Of a stretch of 64,000 nt of DNA, positions 46,226-58,345 are shown piece after piece. A model generated the notes under the pieces. That model was not told where the DNA came from. It did not search any database and worked only from the letters and a program-made list of their open reading frames with translations. The DNA comes from an uncultured Candidatus Saccharibacteria bacterium. GTDB lineage: Bacteria > Patescibacteriota > Minisyncoccia > RBG-13-40-8-A. The stretch is from NCBI GenBank assembly GCA_965231075.1, contig OZ246412.1, forward strand, positions 14,224 to 78,223, in the 5' to 3' direction. The stretch's first letter is position 1; the number at the start of each line of letters is the position of its first letter. The translations under genes were made by a program, and so were the position numbers.

Positions 46226-46284
46226 TTAAAACAACTCGTAGCTGGGAGGGTTTTTTTATACACTCAGCAAAAAAATTATAAGAC

Positions 46285-46713
46285 ATGCCGACAATACATC
46301 AATTAATTAAACGACCAAGAAAAGCTTTGAAGTCAAAAACAACAACGCCTGCTTTAAGACGTGGTTTTAATGTTAAGAAAAACCGACCAATTAAAAGTTT
46401 TTCACCATTTAAACGAGGCGTTTGTTTAAAAGTTTTTACAACCACACCCAAGAAACCAAACTCCGCTTTAAGAAAAGTTGCCAGAGTTAGATTAACTAAT
46501 CAAATGGAAGTAACCGCATATATCCCAGGGGAGGGTCATAATTTACAGGAACACTCTGTAGTTGTACTTCGCGGTGGAAGAGTAAAAGACCTACCAGGTA
46601 TTCGATATCATATCGTGAGAGGAATGTTAGACACTGCCGGAGTTGAGGGGAGAAAACAACAAAGATCAAAATACGGAGCCAAGAAAGGTTCAGGAGCGAA
46701 AAAAACTGAATAA
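46285..46713 (+). CDS. rpsL: 30S ribosomal protein S12
   Basis: [13 protein letters not shown]...[18 protein letters not shown]. Confidence 0.9.
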   Translation: MPTIHQLIKRPRKALKSKTTTPALRRGFNVKKNRPIKSFSPFKRGVCLKVFTTTPKKPNSALRKVARVRLTNQMEVTAYIPGEGHNLQEHSVVVLRGGRVKDLPGIRYHIVRGMLDTAGVEGRKQQRSKYGAKKGSGAKKTE

Positions 46714-46721
46714 ATAAATCT

Positions 46722-47195
46722 ATGAGAAGAAAGCAAGCTGTAAAAATAGAATTAAATCCAGACCCAAGATACGGGAGTATTTTGGTTTCGAAATTTGTAA
46801 ACAATTTAATGCTTGAAGGCAAAAAATCAACTGCCCAAGCTATTTTTTATACTGCCATGGATTTGGCGGCAAAAGAATTAAAGAAACAGGAGAACGTATT
46901 AGAAATTTTTGAACAAGCCATAAAAAACACCTCACCGCTTTTAGAGGTTAAATCAAGAAGAGTGGGAGGAGCCAACTATCAGGTTCCTTACGAGGTAAAA
47001 GGCAAAAGAAAAGAAGCATTATCAATGCGCTGGATTATTGGTGCGACTCGAAAAGGGAAAGGAAAACCAACCGCAGAAAAATTGGCCAAAGAATTAATTG
47101 ATGCCTACAATAATACTGGCGAAGCAGTTAAAAAGAAAGAAGAAACACATCGTGTAGCAGAGGCAAACAGAGCTTTTGCACATTTTGCTTGGTAA
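46722..47195 (+). CDS. rpsG: 30S ribosomal protein S7
   Basis: Family match; str operon order. Confidence 0.9.
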   Translation: MRRKQAVKIELNPDPRYGSILVSKFVNNLMLEGKKSTAQAIFYTAMDLAAKELKKQENVLEIFEQAIKNTSPLLEVKSRRVGGANYQVPYEVKGKRKEALSMRWIIGATRKGKGKPTAEKLAKELIDAYNNTGEAVKKKEETHRVAEANRAFAHFAW

Positions 47196-47199
47196 ATAT

Positions 47200-49305
47200 A
47201 TGAGAGACTATCCTTTAGAAAAAGTTAGAAACTTTGGAATCATTGCCCATATTGATGCTGGTAAGACCACTACATCAGAAAGAGTTTTGTATTACACAGG
47301 AATGATTCATAAAATTGGTGAAGTTCATGAGGGAGAAACAACTACTGATTGGATGGAACAGGAAAGAGAGCGCGGTATTACAATCACTGCTGCAGCAATC
47401 ACTTGTTTTTGGAATCCAACTTACATGCCCGCCTCTGATACTTCTAAAAAGGTACGTTTTAATATTATTGACACTCCGGGACATATTGATTTTACAGCTG
47501 AAGTTAAAAGATCGCTCCATGTTTTAGATGGGGCGGTTGTTGTTTTTGACGGAGTCGCAGGCGTAGAGCCACAATCAGAGACAAACTGGCGTTATGCTGA
47601 CGAAGAAAATGTTCCTCGATTATGTTTTATAAACAAACTAGATCGAATGGGAGCATCATTTGAAAAATCATATCAATCAATTTTGGACCGCTTAAATAAA
47701 AATGCAATTAGAGTACAAATTCCTATTGGACTAGAAGAAAATCATGTGGGGGTTATTGATTTGTTAAAGATGAAAGCATTTTATTTTGAAGGGGAAAAAG
47801 GAATTAATGTCGTGGAAAAAGAAATCCCCGTAGAATACTTGGAAGACGCTAAAAAATATCGAGGAGAATTGATTGAAAAAATTGTTGCCGAAGACGAAAC
47901 GTTAATGAATCAATATTTAGAGGGCAAAGAAATTGCCATTGATGAATTAAAAGCAGTTTTACGTAAAGCAGTAATTGCTAACACGATTTTTCCTGTATTT
48001 GCCGGATCGGCATTAAAAAACAAGGGAGTGCAGTTAATTTTGGATGCGGTTGTTGACTATTTGCCTAGCCCATTAGATATTCCACCAGTCAAGGGCATTG
48101 ATCCAAAAACCGGAGAAGAGATGGTAAGACACGCTTCCGACGAAGAGCCGTTTTCAGCATTAGCATTTAAATTACAAAGCGACCCATTTGTAGGCCAGCT
48201 TACTTTCTTTAGGGTCTATTCTGGAACAGTGTCGGCGGGGTCATATATCTATAATTCGACAACCGACAAAAAAGAAAGACTGGGAAGAATAGTGCGTCTA
48301 CAGGCAGACAAAAGAGAAGAAGTGGAAACAGTCTATGCCGGAGAAATCGCGGCCGCAGTAGGACTAAAAGACGTTAGAACTAGTCACACTTTTTGTGACG
48401 AGAATAAACCGATTTTGCTTGAACAAATTAAGTTCATGGAACCGGTTATTGCCATGAGTATTGAGCCAAAAACTAAGGCCGATCAAGAAAGAATGGGTAT
48501 GGCCCTAAAAAGACTAACTGACGAAGATCCAACTTTTAGAATAAAAACCGACGAAGAAACTGGCCAAACAATTATTTGGGGCATGGGCGAACTACACTTA
48601 GAAATTATTGTTGATAGAATGAAGAGAGAGTTTAAAGTTGAAACCAATGTTGGCAGGCCACAAGTAGCATACAAAGAAACAATTAAAAATACCGCAGAAG
48701 CAGAAGGAAAATATATCCGTCAATCTGGAGGTCGTGGTCAATATGGTCACGTTTGGATAAAAATTGAACCACTAGAAAGAGGAAAGGGTTTTGAATTTAT
48801 TGATCAGATTAAGGGAGGTGTTATCCCCGGAGAATATATTCCAGCAATCAAGAAGGGCATAAAAGAGGCGATGGACAGGGGTGTTTTGGCCGGATATCCG
48901 TTTGTGGATGCGCAGGTTACCTTGTTTGATGGATCTTTCCATGAAGTTGACTCTTCTGAAGCAGCATTTAAAATGGCTGGTTCGTTTGCATTACAAGAAG
49001 CAGCAAAAAAAGCAGGTTTAATTTTGCTTGAACCAATTATGAAATTAGAAGTGGTTATGCCTGCAGAATTTTTAGGTGATGTCACGGGAGATTTAAATAG
49101 TAAAAGAGCGAGAATAGAGAAACTTGATGATCGTTTGAATTCAAAGGTCATCGACGCAAAAGTTCCTTTATCTGAAATGTTTGGTTATGCAACACGCATT
49201 AGATCAATGACTCAGGGAAGAGGAACGTTCACAATGGAATTTTCTAATTACGAAGAAGTTCCCAAAAATGTGGCGCAAACCATTATCGAGGGTAGACAAA
49301 AGTAA
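47200..49305 (+). CDS. fusA: elongation factor G
   Basis: [22 protein letters not shown] GTPase motifs plus EF-G domains; start at ATG 47200 ([24 protein letters not shown]). Confidence 0.9.
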   Translation: MRDYPLEKVRNFGIIAHIDAGKTTTSERVLYYTGMIHKIGEVHEGETTTDWMEQERERGITITAAAITCFWNPTYMPASDTSKKVRFNIIDTPGHIDFTAEVKRSLHVLDGAVVVFDGVAGVEPQSETNWRYADEENVPRLCFINKLDRMGASFEKSYQSILDRLNKNAIRVQIPIGLEENHVGVIDLLKMKAFYFEGEKGINVVEKEIPVEYLEDAKKYRGELIEKIVAEDETLMNQYLEGKEIAIDELKAVLRKAVIANTIFPVFAGSALKNKGVQLILDAVVDYLPSPLDIPPVKGIDPKTGEEMVRHASDEEPFSALAFKLQSDPFVGQLTFFRVYSGTVSAGSYIYNSTTDKKERLGRIVRLQADKREEVETVYAGEIAAAVGLKDVRTSHTFCDENKPILLEQIKFMEPVIAMSIEPKTKADQERMGMALKRLTDEDPTFRIKTDEETGQTIIWGMGELHLEIIVDRMKREFKVETNVGRPQVAYKETIKNTAEAEGKYIRQSGGRGQYGHVWIKIEPLERGKGFEFIDQIKGGVIPGEYIPAIKKGIKEAMDRGVLAGYPFVDAQVTLFDGSFHEVDSSEAAFKMAGSFALQEAAKKAGLILLEPIMKLEVVMPAEFLGDVTGDLNSKRARIEKLDDRLNSKVIDAKVPLSEMFGYATRIRSMTQGRGTFTMEFSNYEEVPKNVAQTIIEGRQK

Positions 49306-49311
49306 TAACAC

Positions 49312-49340
49312 TTGACTGATTATTAATAATCAGTTAAACT
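49312..49340 (+). promoter_or_regulatory. tuf promoter TTGACT - 17 bp - TAAACT, with its spacer occupied by the 20-bp perfect palindrome ACTGATTATTAATAATCAGT
   Basis: Palindrome 49315-49334 exactly fills the -35/-10 spacer. Confidence 0.45.
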
Positions 49341-49432
49341 GTAAAGTAATAAATTAATAACGCGACACGAATTACGAATAACAAACGAATCTACAAATTC
49401 GTAGGATTGGTGGTTAGTGTCGAAACAATAAT

Positions 49433-50629
49433 ATGGCAGGGAAATTTGAAAGAACAAAACCACACGTTAACGTAGGAACCATTGGTCACGTTGATCACGG
49501 CAAAACTACTTTAACTGCAGCCATCTTAAAACAATTGGGTCTTAAGGGTTTTGTTGCATCGAAAAGAGGCGTTAATGAAATTGATGCCGCTCCAGAAGAA
49601 AGAGAGCGTGGTATTACAATCGCATTAGCACACGTTGAATACGAAACAGAGAAAAGACATTATGCACACATTGATGCTCCAGGACACGCTGATTATATTA
49701 AAAACATGATCACCGGTGCAGCTCAAATGGATGGTGCTGTTTTGGTCGTATCAGCAGCTGATGGTCCAATGCCTCAAACCAGAGAGCATATACTTTTAGC
49801 TAATCAAGTCGGAGTGCCAAATATTATTGTTTTCTTAAACAAAGTTGATCAGGTTGATGATCCAGAACTTATTGATTTAGTTGAAGCCGAAGTTAGAGAG
49901 CTTTTAACAAAATATCAATACCCGGGAGATAAAACCCCATTTATTAGAGGTTCAGCATTAAAAGCATTAGAATCAGACGATCCTAATTCAGAAGACGCAA
50001 AATGTATTTTTGAGCTTGCAAAAGCATTAGATGAATACATCCCGGAACCAAAAAGAGAAACCGATAAACCATTTTTAATGCCAATCGAAGACATCTTCTC
50101 AATCGAAGGTCGTGGAACTGTTGTTACAGGAAAAATTGAAAGAGGTATTGTTAAGATTAATGATGAAATCGAAGTTGTGGGTCTAAAGCCAACACAGAAA
50201 ACGGTTGTAACTGGAATTGAAATGTTTAACAAATCACTAGATGAAGGTATGGCAGGAGATAATGCTGGTATTCTTATTAGAGGATTAAAGAAAGAAGACG
50301 TTGAAAGAGGACAAGTTATTGTTAAGCCAGGCTCAGTTACTCCTCATAGTGAATTTGAAGCCGAAGCATATATTTTATCCAAAGAGGAAGGCGGTAGACA
50401 CACCCCATTCTTTAAAGGATATAAACCTCAATTCTACATTAGAACCACTGATGTTACCGGAGATGTTGTTTCATTGGCCGATGGAGTAGAAATGATTATG
50501 CCAGGAGACAATGCCAAAATTACTGTAAAATTGATTGCTCCAGTCGCTCTAGAAGAAAAGCAAAAGTTTGCTATTCGTGAAGGTGGAAAAACTGTTGGAG
50601 CGGGATTTGTTACCAAGATCATTAAATAA
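49433..50629 (+). CDS. tuf: elongation factor Tu
   Basis: [25 protein letters not shown]. Confidence 0.95.
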   Translation: MAGKFERTKPHVNVGTIGHVDHGKTTLTAAILKQLGLKGFVASKRGVNEIDAAPEERERGITIALAHVEYETEKRHYAHIDAPGHADYIKNMITGAAQMDGAVLVVSAADGPMPQTREHILLANQVGVPNIIVFLNKVDQVDDPELIDLVEAEVRELLTKYQYPGDKTPFIRGSALKALESDDPNSEDAKCIFELAKALDEYIPEPKRETDKPFLMPIEDIFSIEGRGTVVTGKIERGIVKINDEIEVVGLKPTQKTVVTGIEMFNKSLDEGMAGDNAGILIRGLKKEDVERGQVIVKPGSVTPHSEFEAEAYILSKEEGGRHTPFFKGYKPQFYIRTTDVTGDVVSLADGVEMIMPGDNAKITVKLIAPVALEEKQKFAIREGGKTVGAGFVTKIIK

Positions 50630-50657
50630 CATTTAAGATTGAGTAAGTTCATAGTTT

Positions 50658-51002
50658 ATGGCAGTTAAAAAGAAAGATAGTGTTGCTCAAGAAGAGGCAA
50701 AACAACGTCTTAGGATCAAAATAAAAGCGTTTGATCATAAGATTGTTGACCAATCTGCAAAACAAATTATCGAGACTGCCGAGAGATATGGCGCTGAAGT
50801 AGTTGGTCCAATACCTCTACCCACCCATATTCAAAAATATACAGTTAACCGTTCAACCTTCGTGCACAAAAATGCCAGGGAGCAGTTCGAGATGAGAACA
50901 CACAAACGTGTAATTGATATATTTAATCCCGCACCCAAAATTATTGACGCACTAATGAATCTGAATTTACCAGCAGGAGTTGATATCGAGATAAAGATGT
51001 AA
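50658..51002 (+). CDS. rpsJ: 30S ribosomal protein S10
   Basis: [40 protein letters not shown]. Confidence 0.9.
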   Translation: MAVKKKDSVAQEEAKQRLRIKIKAFDHKIVDQSAKQIIETAERYGAEVVGPIPLPTHIQKYTVNRSTFVHKNAREQFEMRTHKRVIDIFNPAPKIIDALMNLNLPAGVDIEIKM

Positions 51003-51085
51003 AAATTACAAATTGTAACGCAAGGATTATAAATAGTTATGAATTTGTATTTACAATATAATTAGTTTGTTTTTTAGCTAACTGT

Positions 51086-51118
51086 GTGAAAAATACCGGG
51101 TAGCCGGTATTTTTCATT
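51086..51118 (+). terminator. hairpin + U-tract between rpsJ and rplC (terminator or attenuator)
   Basis: GAAAAATACCGG-GTAG-CCGGTATTTTTC. Confidence 0.45.
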
Positions 51119-51145
51119 AAGAATTTGTAAATTAAGATTAAGATT

Positions 51146-51739
51146 ATGAAGTTCATTGTTGGAAAAAAAGTCGGAATGACTCAAATATATGACAAGAATG
51201 GAAATGTAACGCCAGTTACAGTTATTGAGGCTGGTCCTTGTTTTGTTACTCAGATTAAAACCAAAGAGAAGGATGGTTATGAATCCGTCCAGATTGGATT
51301 TGAGCCATTAAAGGAAAAGAAGATTAAAAAAACACAAAAAGGCAAAGAATATCGATTTCTAACTGAATTTCGAAATGCAATCGAAGAATACAAAACCGGA
51401 GACAAGATTGATGTTTCTAAATTTGTTGAGGGAGAAAAAATAAAGGTGTCGGGCATTACCAAGGGTCGTGGTTTCCAGGGAGTGGTTAAAAGACATGGAT
51501 TTAAGGGAGCACCAGCATCACACGGCCATCCACACGATCAAAGAAAGCCAGGATCAATTGGATGCAGTTTTCCCGAAAGAGTTATTAAGGGTATGAGAAT
51601 GGCGGGGCACATGGGAGTTGCTAGACATACTGTTAAAAATTTAAAAATTGTGACCGTTGATTCAGAAAATAATTTATTGGCTGTGTCGGGCGCAGTACCG
51701 GGTCCCAATAACGGAATAATTGAAATACAAACAGTCTAA
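51146..51739 (+). CDS. rplC: 50S ribosomal protein L3
   Basis: Family match. Confidence 0.9.
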   Translation: MKFIVGKKVGMTQIYDKNGNVTPVTVIEAGPCFVTQIKTKEKDGYESVQIGFEPLKEKKIKKTQKGKEYRFLTEFRNAIEEYKTGDKIDVSKFVEGEKIKVSGITKGRGFQGVVKRHGFKGAPASHGHPHDQRKPGSIGCSFPERVIKGMRMAGHMGVARHTVKNLKIVTVDSENNLLAVSGAVPGPNNGIIEIQTV

Positions 51740-51741
51740 AT

Positions 51742-52383
51742 ATGATTAAGACAGATTTATACAACCTAGACGGAGAAAAAACTGGAACAATCGAATTGCC
51801 AGAAAATATTTTTAATGTTGAAATTAACAATGATGTAATTTATCAGGCAGTTAACGTTCAAATGGCAAACTCTCGTCAAAGTTTAGCACATACCTTAAAT
51901 AGAGGAGAAGTTAGGGGTGGAGGAAAAAAACCATGGAGACAAAAGGGTACTGGCCGTGCAAGACACGGTTCAACCAGATCACCAATATGGAGAGGGGGAG
52001 GCATTACTTTTGGACCAAGAAACGATGAAAACTTCTCTAGAAAAATTAACAAAAAAACAAAACAAAAAGCATTATTTATGGTTTTGTCTTCCAAGTTAAG
52101 AGACAAAGAATTGATTGTTGTCGAAGATTTAAATATAAACGAACCAAAAACAAAAATAATTTCAGAAATTTTAAAAAAGATTTTCAAAGGCAAGAAAAAA
52201 ATTAGTGTTTTGGCCACGATATCAAAAAACAAGAAAAATGTGGGCATTGCAATGAGAAATATTCCTAACTCTAAAACCATTTTTGCGGATAGTTTGAACG
52301 TTTTAGAATTATTATCCTTTAAATATTTATTGATAGATAAAGAAGCGATTAGTGTAATCAATGAAACATATGGCAATATTTAA
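51742..52383 (+). CDS. rplD: 50S ribosomal protein L4
   Basis: Family match. Confidence 0.9.
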   Translation: MIKTDLYNLDGEKTGTIELPENIFNVEINNDVIYQAVNVQMANSRQSLAHTLNRGEVRGGGKKPWRQKGTGRARHGSTRSPIWRGGGITFGPRNDENFSRKINKKTKQKALFMVLSSKLRDKELIVVEDLNINEPKTKIISEILKKIFKGKKKISVLATISKNKKNVGIAMRNIPNSKTIFADSLNVLELLSFKYLLIDKEAISVINETYGNI

Positions 52384-52774
52384 TATTTTTAAAAAACACA
52401 ACGCTGATCAAAAGCCAAAAGTTAAGACCGAATCCAAGAAAGAAAAGAAGATCGAGCAGACAGTTAAAAAAGCTCCAGCCAAAAAGAAAGAAATTGCAAT
52501 CGCTGGACTTTTGAAAGAGCCACACATCAGCGAGAAAGCGACAATATTGTCAGAAAACGGCAAATATGTTTTTAAAGTTTACGCCGATGCTAATAAGTCA
52601 GAGGTTAAAAAAGCTATTTCTGGTCTTTATGGAGTGACAGTAAAAGACGTTAAAATCATTAATATTAAATCAAAAACCAGAATTATGAGAGGAATGAAAG
52701 GCGAGAAACCTGGATACAAAAAAGCCATTGTTACCCTAGAAAGGGGACATAAAATTGAAATTTTACCTCATTAA
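52361..52774 (+). CDS. rplW: 50S ribosomal protein L23 (with Lys-rich N-terminal extension)
   Basis: C-terminal half is canonical L23; start ambiguous. Confidence 0.8.
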   Translation: MKHMAIFNIFKKHNADQKPKVKTESKKEKKIEQTVKKAPAKKKEIAIAGLLKEPHISEKATILSENGKYVFKVYADANKSEVKKAISGLYGVTVKDVKIINIKSKTRIMRGMKGEKPGYKKAIVTLERGHKIEILPH

Positions 52775-52776
52775 TT

Positions 52777-53619
52777 ATGAAACACTTTAACCCAACAAGC
52801 CCGGGTACCAGAGGAAGAATTGGTATCGAATATAAAAAACTGCTATCTGGAGACAATCCTAAAAAGTCTTTGCTTTTGTCGTTTAAAGAGCAGGCAGGGA
52901 GAAACCGGAAGGGCAGAATTACAGTGAGACATCAGGGCGGGGGACACAAAAAATTATTTAGATTAATTGATTTCAAAAGAGAGAAACTTAATATTCCAGC
53001 AAAGATCAAAACGGTAGAATATGATCCTAATAGATCGGTGTTTATTGCTTTGGTTTGTTATAAAGACGGAGAACAGAGATATATTTTATTGCCACAAGAC
53101 CTAAAAATTGGAGACGAAATCATTGCTTCAGAAAAAACAGGAATAAAACCCGGCAACAGATTATTGCTTAAAAATATTCCCGTGGGAACGTTTGTTCATG
53201 ATATTGAATTAATTCCCGGACAAGGCGGAAAAATAGTCCACTCTGCTGGATCTAGTGCACAAGTAACTGCCAACGAGGGGAGATACGTTCATTTAACGCT
53301 TCCTTCCACAGAAACAAGAATGATTCTAGCGGATTGTATGGCAACAGTTGGTGCTTTGAGCAATCCTGAACACATGTTTACAAATTTAGGCAAGGCCGGA
53401 AGAATGAGGTGGAAAGGAGTTAGACCAAGGGTTAGAGGTACGGCCATGAATCCAGTCGACCATCCACACGGAGGGGGTGAGGGTAGGGCGCCAATTGGTT
53501 TGCGCAGAGGCCCGAAGACTCCATGGGGTAAACAAGCGTTTGGTGTTAAGACAAGAAAGAATAAAAAATATTCAGACAGATTTATTGTTCAAAGAAGAAT
53601 TCATAAAAAACGAAAATAA
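52777..53619 (+). CDS. rplB: 50S ribosomal protein L2
   Basis: Family match ([19 protein letters not shown], ...[13 protein letters not shown]). Confidence 0.9.
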   Translation: MKHFNPTSPGTRGRIGIEYKKLLSGDNPKKSLLLSFKEQAGRNRKGRITVRHQGGGHKKLFRLIDFKREKLNIPAKIKTVEYDPNRSVFIALVCYKDGEQRYILLPQDLKIGDEIIASEKTGIKPGNRLLLKNIPVGTFVHDIELIPGQGGKIVHSAGSSAQVTANEGRYVHLTLPSTETRMILADCMATVGALSNPEHMFTNLGKAGRMRWKGVRPRVRGTAMNPVDHPHGGGEGRAPIGLRRGPKTPWGKQAFGVKTRKNKKYSDRFIVQRRIHKKRK

Positions 53620-53624
53620 AAAAT

Positions 53625-53948
53625 ATGCCAAGAAGTTTAAAAAAAGGTCCATGGGTGGACGAAAAACTAATTGAAAAAGTCAAACTAGCCAAGGGCGGAG
53701 AAAAGAGGGTTATTAAAACCTGGGCCAGAGACTGTACAATCACTCCTGAAATGGTTGGATATACTTTTGGTGTACACAACGGCAAAGATCATATTGCGGT
53801 GTTTGTTACCGAAGAAATGGTCGGACATAAATTAGGAGAATTTTCTCCAACCAGAAAATTTGTTCGTCACGGGGGCAAGATGCAGAAAGAAATTGAAAAA
53901 GGAACACCAGCTCCAGTAGCTACTCCTGCCACTAAATCAAGCAAATAA
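53625..53948 (+). CDS. rpsS: 30S ribosomal protein S19
   Basis: [15 protein letters not shown]...[13 protein letters not shown]. Confidence 0.9.
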   Translation: MPRSLKKGPWVDEKLIEKVKLAKGGEKRVIKTWARDCTITPEMVGYTFGVHNGKDHIAVFVTEEMVGHKLGEFSPTRKFVRHGGKMQKEIEKGTPAPVATPATKSSK

Positions 53949-53953
53949 AACAT

Positions 53954-54472
53954 ATGGAAATCAAGGCCAGTTTAAATTATTTAAGAATTGCTCCCAGAAA
54001 GGTTAGATCTGTAGTAGATTTAATGCGGGGCAAGGAGATTAAACAAGCAGAGGCTCAGCTAAAATTTTTAAGTCGTAGAGCATCAGCGCCGGTTTATCGA
54101 CTTTTAAAATCGGCAATCGCTAACGCTAAGAGTAATTTTGGGGTTGATAAAGAAAATTTATTTATAAAAGAGATCAGAGTTAATGGGGGGGTGCCATACA
54201 AAAGATGGAGACCAATGTCGCGCGGTAGAGCATTTCCAATTTTAAAAAGAACAAGTCATATTGTTATTTCTTTGGGAGTTAAAGAGGGAGTTAAGATTGA
54301 AAAGAAACAATCAAAAATTTCAGAAGTTAAAATCAGTAAATCAGAAAATGTTGTCAAAGAGGAAACAAAAACTGCTACAAAAACAATTAATAAAAAACCG
54401 GCCAAAGAGATGGGAATCAAGCCCAAAAAACAAAATTTGGCCAAGAGAATTTTTAGAAGGAAATCAATTTAA
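53954..54472 (+). CDS. rplV: 50S ribosomal protein L22 (Lys-rich C-terminal extension)
   Basis: N-terminal 110 aa canonical L22. Confidence 0.85.
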   Translation: MEIKASLNYLRIAPRKVRSVVDLMRGKEIKQAEAQLKFLSRRASAPVYRLLKSAIANAKSNFGVDKENLFIKEIRVNGGVPYKRWRPMSRGRAFPILKRTSHIVISLGVKEGVKIEKKQSKISEVKISKSENVVKEETKTATKTINKKPAKEMGIKPKKQNLAKRIFRRKSI

Positions 54473-54474
54473 TT

Positions 54475-55125
54475 ATGAGTCACAGAGTACATCCAAAAGT
54501 TTTTAGAATAAAAGGTATTGAAGACTGGCAGTCACAGTGGTTCAGCAAAAAAAACTACAAAGGTAATTTGGAGCAGGATCTTGCTATTCGTGGTTTTGTT
54601 AAAAAAGAACTAAAATCAGCAGCGATTGACGAAGTTGTGATCAAGCGATCAGCAAATTCCGTACATATTATTATCAAAGCAGCCCGACCAGGCATTATTA
54701 TTGGTCGTGGCGGCGCTGGCATACAAGAGGTTAAAAAGCAAATCATTAGTAAAATTTTTAAAGGCAAAATTAAGGGCATTGATATTAAAATTGACGTGGA
54801 AGAAATCAGGAAAGCCGAAATTCAATCAAGTATTGTTGGTCAAGCAATTGCCGAACAATTGGAACGCAGAATGCCATTTCGAAGAGTTATGAAACAAACC
54901 ATTGAAAAAATCATTCAGAATCCGGAAGTTAAGGGTGTTAAGATTTTCGTTTCTGGACGATTGAATGGTTCGGAAATGGCCAGAGAAGAGTGGCTTAAAA
55001 AAGGCAATTTACCATTACAGACAATCAGAACAAATATTGATTATGCGCAAGTTAATGCGCACACAATTTACGGAGTAATTGGAATAAAGGTCTGGATAAA
55101 CAAAGGAGAAATTTTTGATAAATAA
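54475..55125 (+). CDS. rpsC: 30S ribosomal protein S3
   Basis: KH domain plus S3 C-domain. Confidence 0.9.
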   Translation: MSHRVHPKVFRIKGIEDWQSQWFSKKNYKGNLEQDLAIRGFVKKELKSAAIDEVVIKRSANSVHIIIKAARPGIIIGRGGAGIQEVKKQIISKIFKGKIKGIDIKIDVEEIRKAEIQSSIVGQAIAEQLERRMPFRRVMKQTIEKIIQNPEVKGVKIFVSGRLNGSEMAREEWLKKGNLPLQTIRTNIDYAQVNAHTIYGVIGIKVWINKGEIFDK

Positions 55126-55127
55126 TT

Positions 55128-55535
55128 ATGCAACCCAAAAAAGTTAAACATAGAAAGTGGCACAAGGGCAGAAGAAGATCTTTGGGAGTAGCAAAGGGTG
55201 GTACAGAGTTAAGCTTTGGAAGTTTTGGCTTGAAATCTGATGGAACTAAGTGGATCACTGCTAGGCAAATTGAAGCTGCAAGACGTGCAATGACTCACCA
55301 TCTTCAGAAAGGCGGAAAGCTTTGGATTAAAATTTTTCCCGACAAGCCCGTTACACAAAAAGGACAAGAAGTGCCCATGGGTGGAGGCAAGGGAAGTGTT
55401 GAACACTATGTCGCCGCGGTGAAGCCCGGGAGAATACTTTTTGAAATTGATGGGGTAACCGAGGCCATTGCCAGAGAAGCAATGAAATTGGCTTCACATA
55501 AATTACCAATTAAAACTAAATTTGTTAAAAGATAA
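55128..55535 (+). CDS. rplP: 50S ribosomal protein L16
   Basis: Family match. Confidence 0.9.
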   Translation: MQPKKVKHRKWHKGRRRSLGVAKGGTELSFGSFGLKSDGTKWITARQIEAARRAMTHHLQKGGKLWIKIFPDKPVTQKGQEVPMGGGKGSVEHYVAAVKPGRILFEIDGVTEAIAREAMKLASHKLPIKTKFVKR

Positions 55536-55537
55536 TT

Positions 55538-55729
55538 ATGAAAGTCCAAGAATTAAAACAAAAAACAGACAAAGAATTACATGATACACTAATTCAACTA
55601 AAAGACTCCTTAAGAGAGCTGAGGTTTAATTTAATTGGTGGCAAAGTGAAAAACATCAACGAAATTCATCGCACAAGACGCGATATCGCAAGGGTATTAA
55701 CTTTAATAAAATTACAACATGGAAAATAA
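55538..55729 (+). CDS. rpmC: 50S ribosomal protein L29
   Basis: Size and position; LRFNLIGGK... Confidence 0.8.
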   Translation: MKVQELKQKTDKELHDTLIQLKDSLRELRFNLIGGKVKNINEIHRTRRDIARVLTLIKLQHGK

Positions 55730-55961
55730 TACAGAATTAAATAAGCGCGTATTAAAGGGGACGGTAGTTTCAGACAAAATGGATAAAACCGTTGTGGTTT
55801 TAATTGAAAGAATTAAAGAACACAAACAATATCGTAAAAGATACAAAGTTTCGAAAAAATATAAAGCACACGATCAAGAAAATAAATATCACATTGGCGA
55901 CAAAGTTACAATTAAGGAATGTAAACCAATGTCGAAAGATAAAAAATGGATAGTGTTATAA
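55719..55961 (+). CDS. rpsQ: 30S ribosomal protein S17
   Basis: [20 protein letters not shown]... Confidence 0.85.
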   Translation: MENNTELNKRVLKGTVVSDKMDKTVVVLIERIKEHKQYRKRYKVSKKYKAHDQENKYHIGDKVTIKECKPMSKDKKWIVL

Positions 55962-55965
55962 TTAT

Positions 55966-56331
55966 ATGATACAAGTTGGAACAAATTTAAAAGTTGCTGA
56001 TAATACTGGAGCGAAAGCCATCCGCGTGTTTAGAATTTTAGGCGCAACCAGAAAAAGATATGCAATAATTGGAGACATTGTTGTTGCTTCGGTTAAATTA
56101 GTTGAACCAAGAAAAATGGTTAAAAAGAAAGAAATAATCAAGGCCGTAATTGTCAGACAAAAAAAATCTCTTAGAAGAAAAGATGGTAGTTATATTAGAT
56201 TCGATGACAATGCTGCTGTTATTCTAAACGGAGAGGAGCCAAAAGGAAATAGAATTTTTGGTCCAGTAGCCAGAGAGTTAAAGGACCGTGGTTTTGACAG
56301 AATAATTTCATTAGCACCCGAAGTACTATAA
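55966..56331 (+). CDS. rplN: 50S ribosomal protein L14
   Basis: [17 protein letters not shown]. Confidence 0.9.
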   Translation: MIQVGTNLKVADNTGAKAIRVFRILGATRKRYAIIGDIVVASVKLVEPRKMVKKKEIIKAVIVRQKKSLRRKDGSYIRFDDNAAVILNGEEPKGNRIFGPVARELKDRGFDRIISLAPEVL

Positions 56332-56345
56332 TTTTTGATAAATAT

Positions 56346-56651
56346 ATGGAAATTAAATTAAACGACACTGTCATAATAATTGCCGGCAAAGACAAGGGAA
56401 AAAGCGGAAAGGTTAATGAAGTTTTCCCCAAAACCAACAGAATTATTGTTGAGGGTTTAAATATTGTAAAAAAGCACGTGAAACCCAAAAAAGAAGGAGA
56501 GAAAGGACAACGCGTGGAAATCCCCCGATCGATTGATGTTTCTAACGTGAAACTGGTTTGTTCGAAATGTAAACAAGCAACCAGAATCGGACACAGAATA
56601 CTAGAAAATGGCAAAACAAGGACTTGTAAAAAATGTAATCAAGAAATTTAA
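56346..56651 (+). CDS. rplX: 50S ribosomal protein L24
   Basis: KOW motif GKDKGKSGKV. Confidence 0.85.
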   Translation: MEIKLNDTVIIIAGKDKGKSGKVNEVFPKTNRIIVEGLNIVKKHVKPKKEGEKGQRVEIPRSIDVSNVKLVCSKCKQATRIGHRILENGKTRTCKKCNQEI

Positions 56652-56658
56652 ATAATAT

Positions 56659-57198
56659 ATGACATTGGAAGAAAAATACAAAAAAGAAGTTGTGCCAAAA
56701 ATGAAAGACAGATTTGGATTTAAGAACGACTTTTCTGTTCCCAGAATCGAAAAGGTTGTGGTTAATGTTGGCATTGGAAGTGCCATGGCCTCCAAAGATG
56801 AGAAGGCTCGCGAATCAATCGAGAAGGACATTATTTTAATTACCGGACAAAAACCACTTGTAACCTTGGCCAAAAAAGCAATTGCTGCCTTTAAAACTCG
56901 AGAAGGTATGCCGGTTGGACTGAAAGTTACATTGCGCGGAAAAAGGATGTACGATTTTGTTTCCCGATTAATCAATATTGTTTTGCCCAGAACCAGGGAT
57001 TTTAGGGGATTAAATTCTAAATCAATTGATGCAGATGGCAATTTAAGCATTGGTATCAAAGAACATCTTATTTTTCCAGAGATTTCACAAGAAGATATTC
57101 GTAGAATATTCGGATTAGAGATAACCGTAGTTACGCACATTAAAGACAAGGCACAAGCATTAGAATTATATAAATTAATCGGTTTTCCGATAAAATAA
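56659..57198 (+). CDS. rplE: 50S ribosomal protein L5
   Basis: Family match. Confidence 0.9.
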   Translation: MTLEEKYKKEVVPKMKDRFGFKNDFSVPRIEKVVVNVGIGSAMASKDEKARESIEKDIILITGQKPLVTLAKKAIAAFKTREGMPVGLKVTLRGKRMYDFVSRLINIVLPRTRDFRGLNSKSIDADGNLSIGIKEHLIFPEISQEDIRRIFGLEITVVTHIKDKAQALELYKLIGFPIK

Positions 57199-57202
57199 AC
57201 TT

Positions 57203-57388
57203 ATGGCCAAAACGTCAGACATCGCAAAATCTAAAAAGAAACCAAAATTCATAACTCGAAAAGTTAACCGTTGTTTTAGGTGTGGTCGTAGACACGGGTT
57301 TATGAGAAAATTTGGCTTATGTAGAATTTGTTTTAGGGAGTTGGCAAATAAAGGTGAACTTCCAGGAATTAAAAAATCAAGTTGGTAA
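57203..57388 (+). CDS. rpsN: 30S ribosomal protein S14 type Z (zinc-binding)
   Basis: 61 aa with [20 protein letters not shown]. Confidence 0.85.
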   Translation: MAKTSDIAKSKKKPKFITRKVNRCFRCGRRHGFMRKFGLCRICFRELANKGELPGIKKSSW

Positions 57389-57392
57389 AATT

Positions 57393-57794
57393 ATGAACAT
57401 AGATCCAATATCAGACATGTTAACACGCATAAGAAACGCACAAGCAGTCGGACATAAAACCGTGAGTTTTGTGTACTCTAAAATTAAATTTGAATTAGCT
57501 AAAATTTTGAGCGCAGAAGGTTATATTGGCACCGTTAAAGAAACAGGAAAAGGTGTAACCAGGGAGATAGAGGCGACTTTAAAATATAGAGACGAAAGAA
57601 ATACAATGCCCAAAATTCAGGGATTAATTAGAATTAGTAAGTCTGGACAAAGAATTTATGTTGCCAAAAAAGATTTAATTAAGTATTCTCAAGGTCGTGG
57701 ATTAATTATTTTAACTACTTCTGCGGGTCTAATGACCGACAAGGAAGCAAAAAAGAAAGGACTAGGCGGAGAGTTAATTTGTAGAGTTTTTTAA
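57393..57794 (+). CDS. rpsH: 30S ribosomal protein S8
   Basis: Start at ATG 57393 (MNIDPISDMLTRIRNA); the track ORF's TTG-extended start overlaps S14. Confidence 0.85.
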   Translation: MNIDPISDMLTRIRNAQAVGHKTVSFVYSKIKFELAKILSAEGYIGTVKETGKGVTREIEATLKYRDERNTMPKIQGLIRISKSGQRIYVAKKDLIKYSQGRGLIILTTSAGLMTDKEAKKKGLGGELICRVF

Positions 57795-57795
57795 T

Positions 57796-58341
57796 ATGTC
57801 TAGAATAGGAAAACAACCGATAATTATTCCCGATGGCGTCGAAATCAAAATCGACGGTAATTTAATTTCGGTCAAAGGCAAGAAGGGTACATTATCACAG
57901 GAAATAACTTCTGATATTAAATTAGAGATTAAGGGCAAAACAATTTTATTAAAACAGGAGAATAAAACCAAAAACAGCACTGCTTTATGGGGAACATTTA
58001 GAGCTTTGATCGCCAATATGGTCAAGGGCGTTTCCGAGGGATTTAGTAAAAAATTGATTATTGAGGGAATTGGTTTCAAGGCAGCGGTTAATGGAAATAA
58101 ATTAGTTTTAAATTTAGGATTTTCTCACCCTGTAGAAATAATTGCTCCAAAGGAGGTTGAGTTCAAGGTAGAGAAAAACACAATTATTATTACGGGCATT
58201 GATAAGCAATTAGTTGGTCAAACAGCGGCCAATATTAGAGTACAAAAGAAACCCGAGCCATATAAGGGCAAGGGGATTAGATATGATAACGAAATAATCA
58301 GAAGAAAAGACGGCAAAAAGGCCGTAGGTACAACTGGATAA
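57796..58341 (+). CDS. rplF: 50S ribosomal protein L6
   Basis: Family match. Confidence 0.9.
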   Translation: MSRIGKQPIIIPDGVEIKIDGNLISVKGKKGTLSQEITSDIKLEIKGKTILLKQENKTKNSTALWGTFRALIANMVKGVSEGFSKKLIIEGIGFKAAVNGNKLVLNLGFSHPVEIIAPKEVEFKVEKNTIIITGIDKQLVGQTAANIRVQKKPEPYKGKGIRYDNEIIRRKDGKKAVGTTG

Positions 58342-58345
58342 TTAT

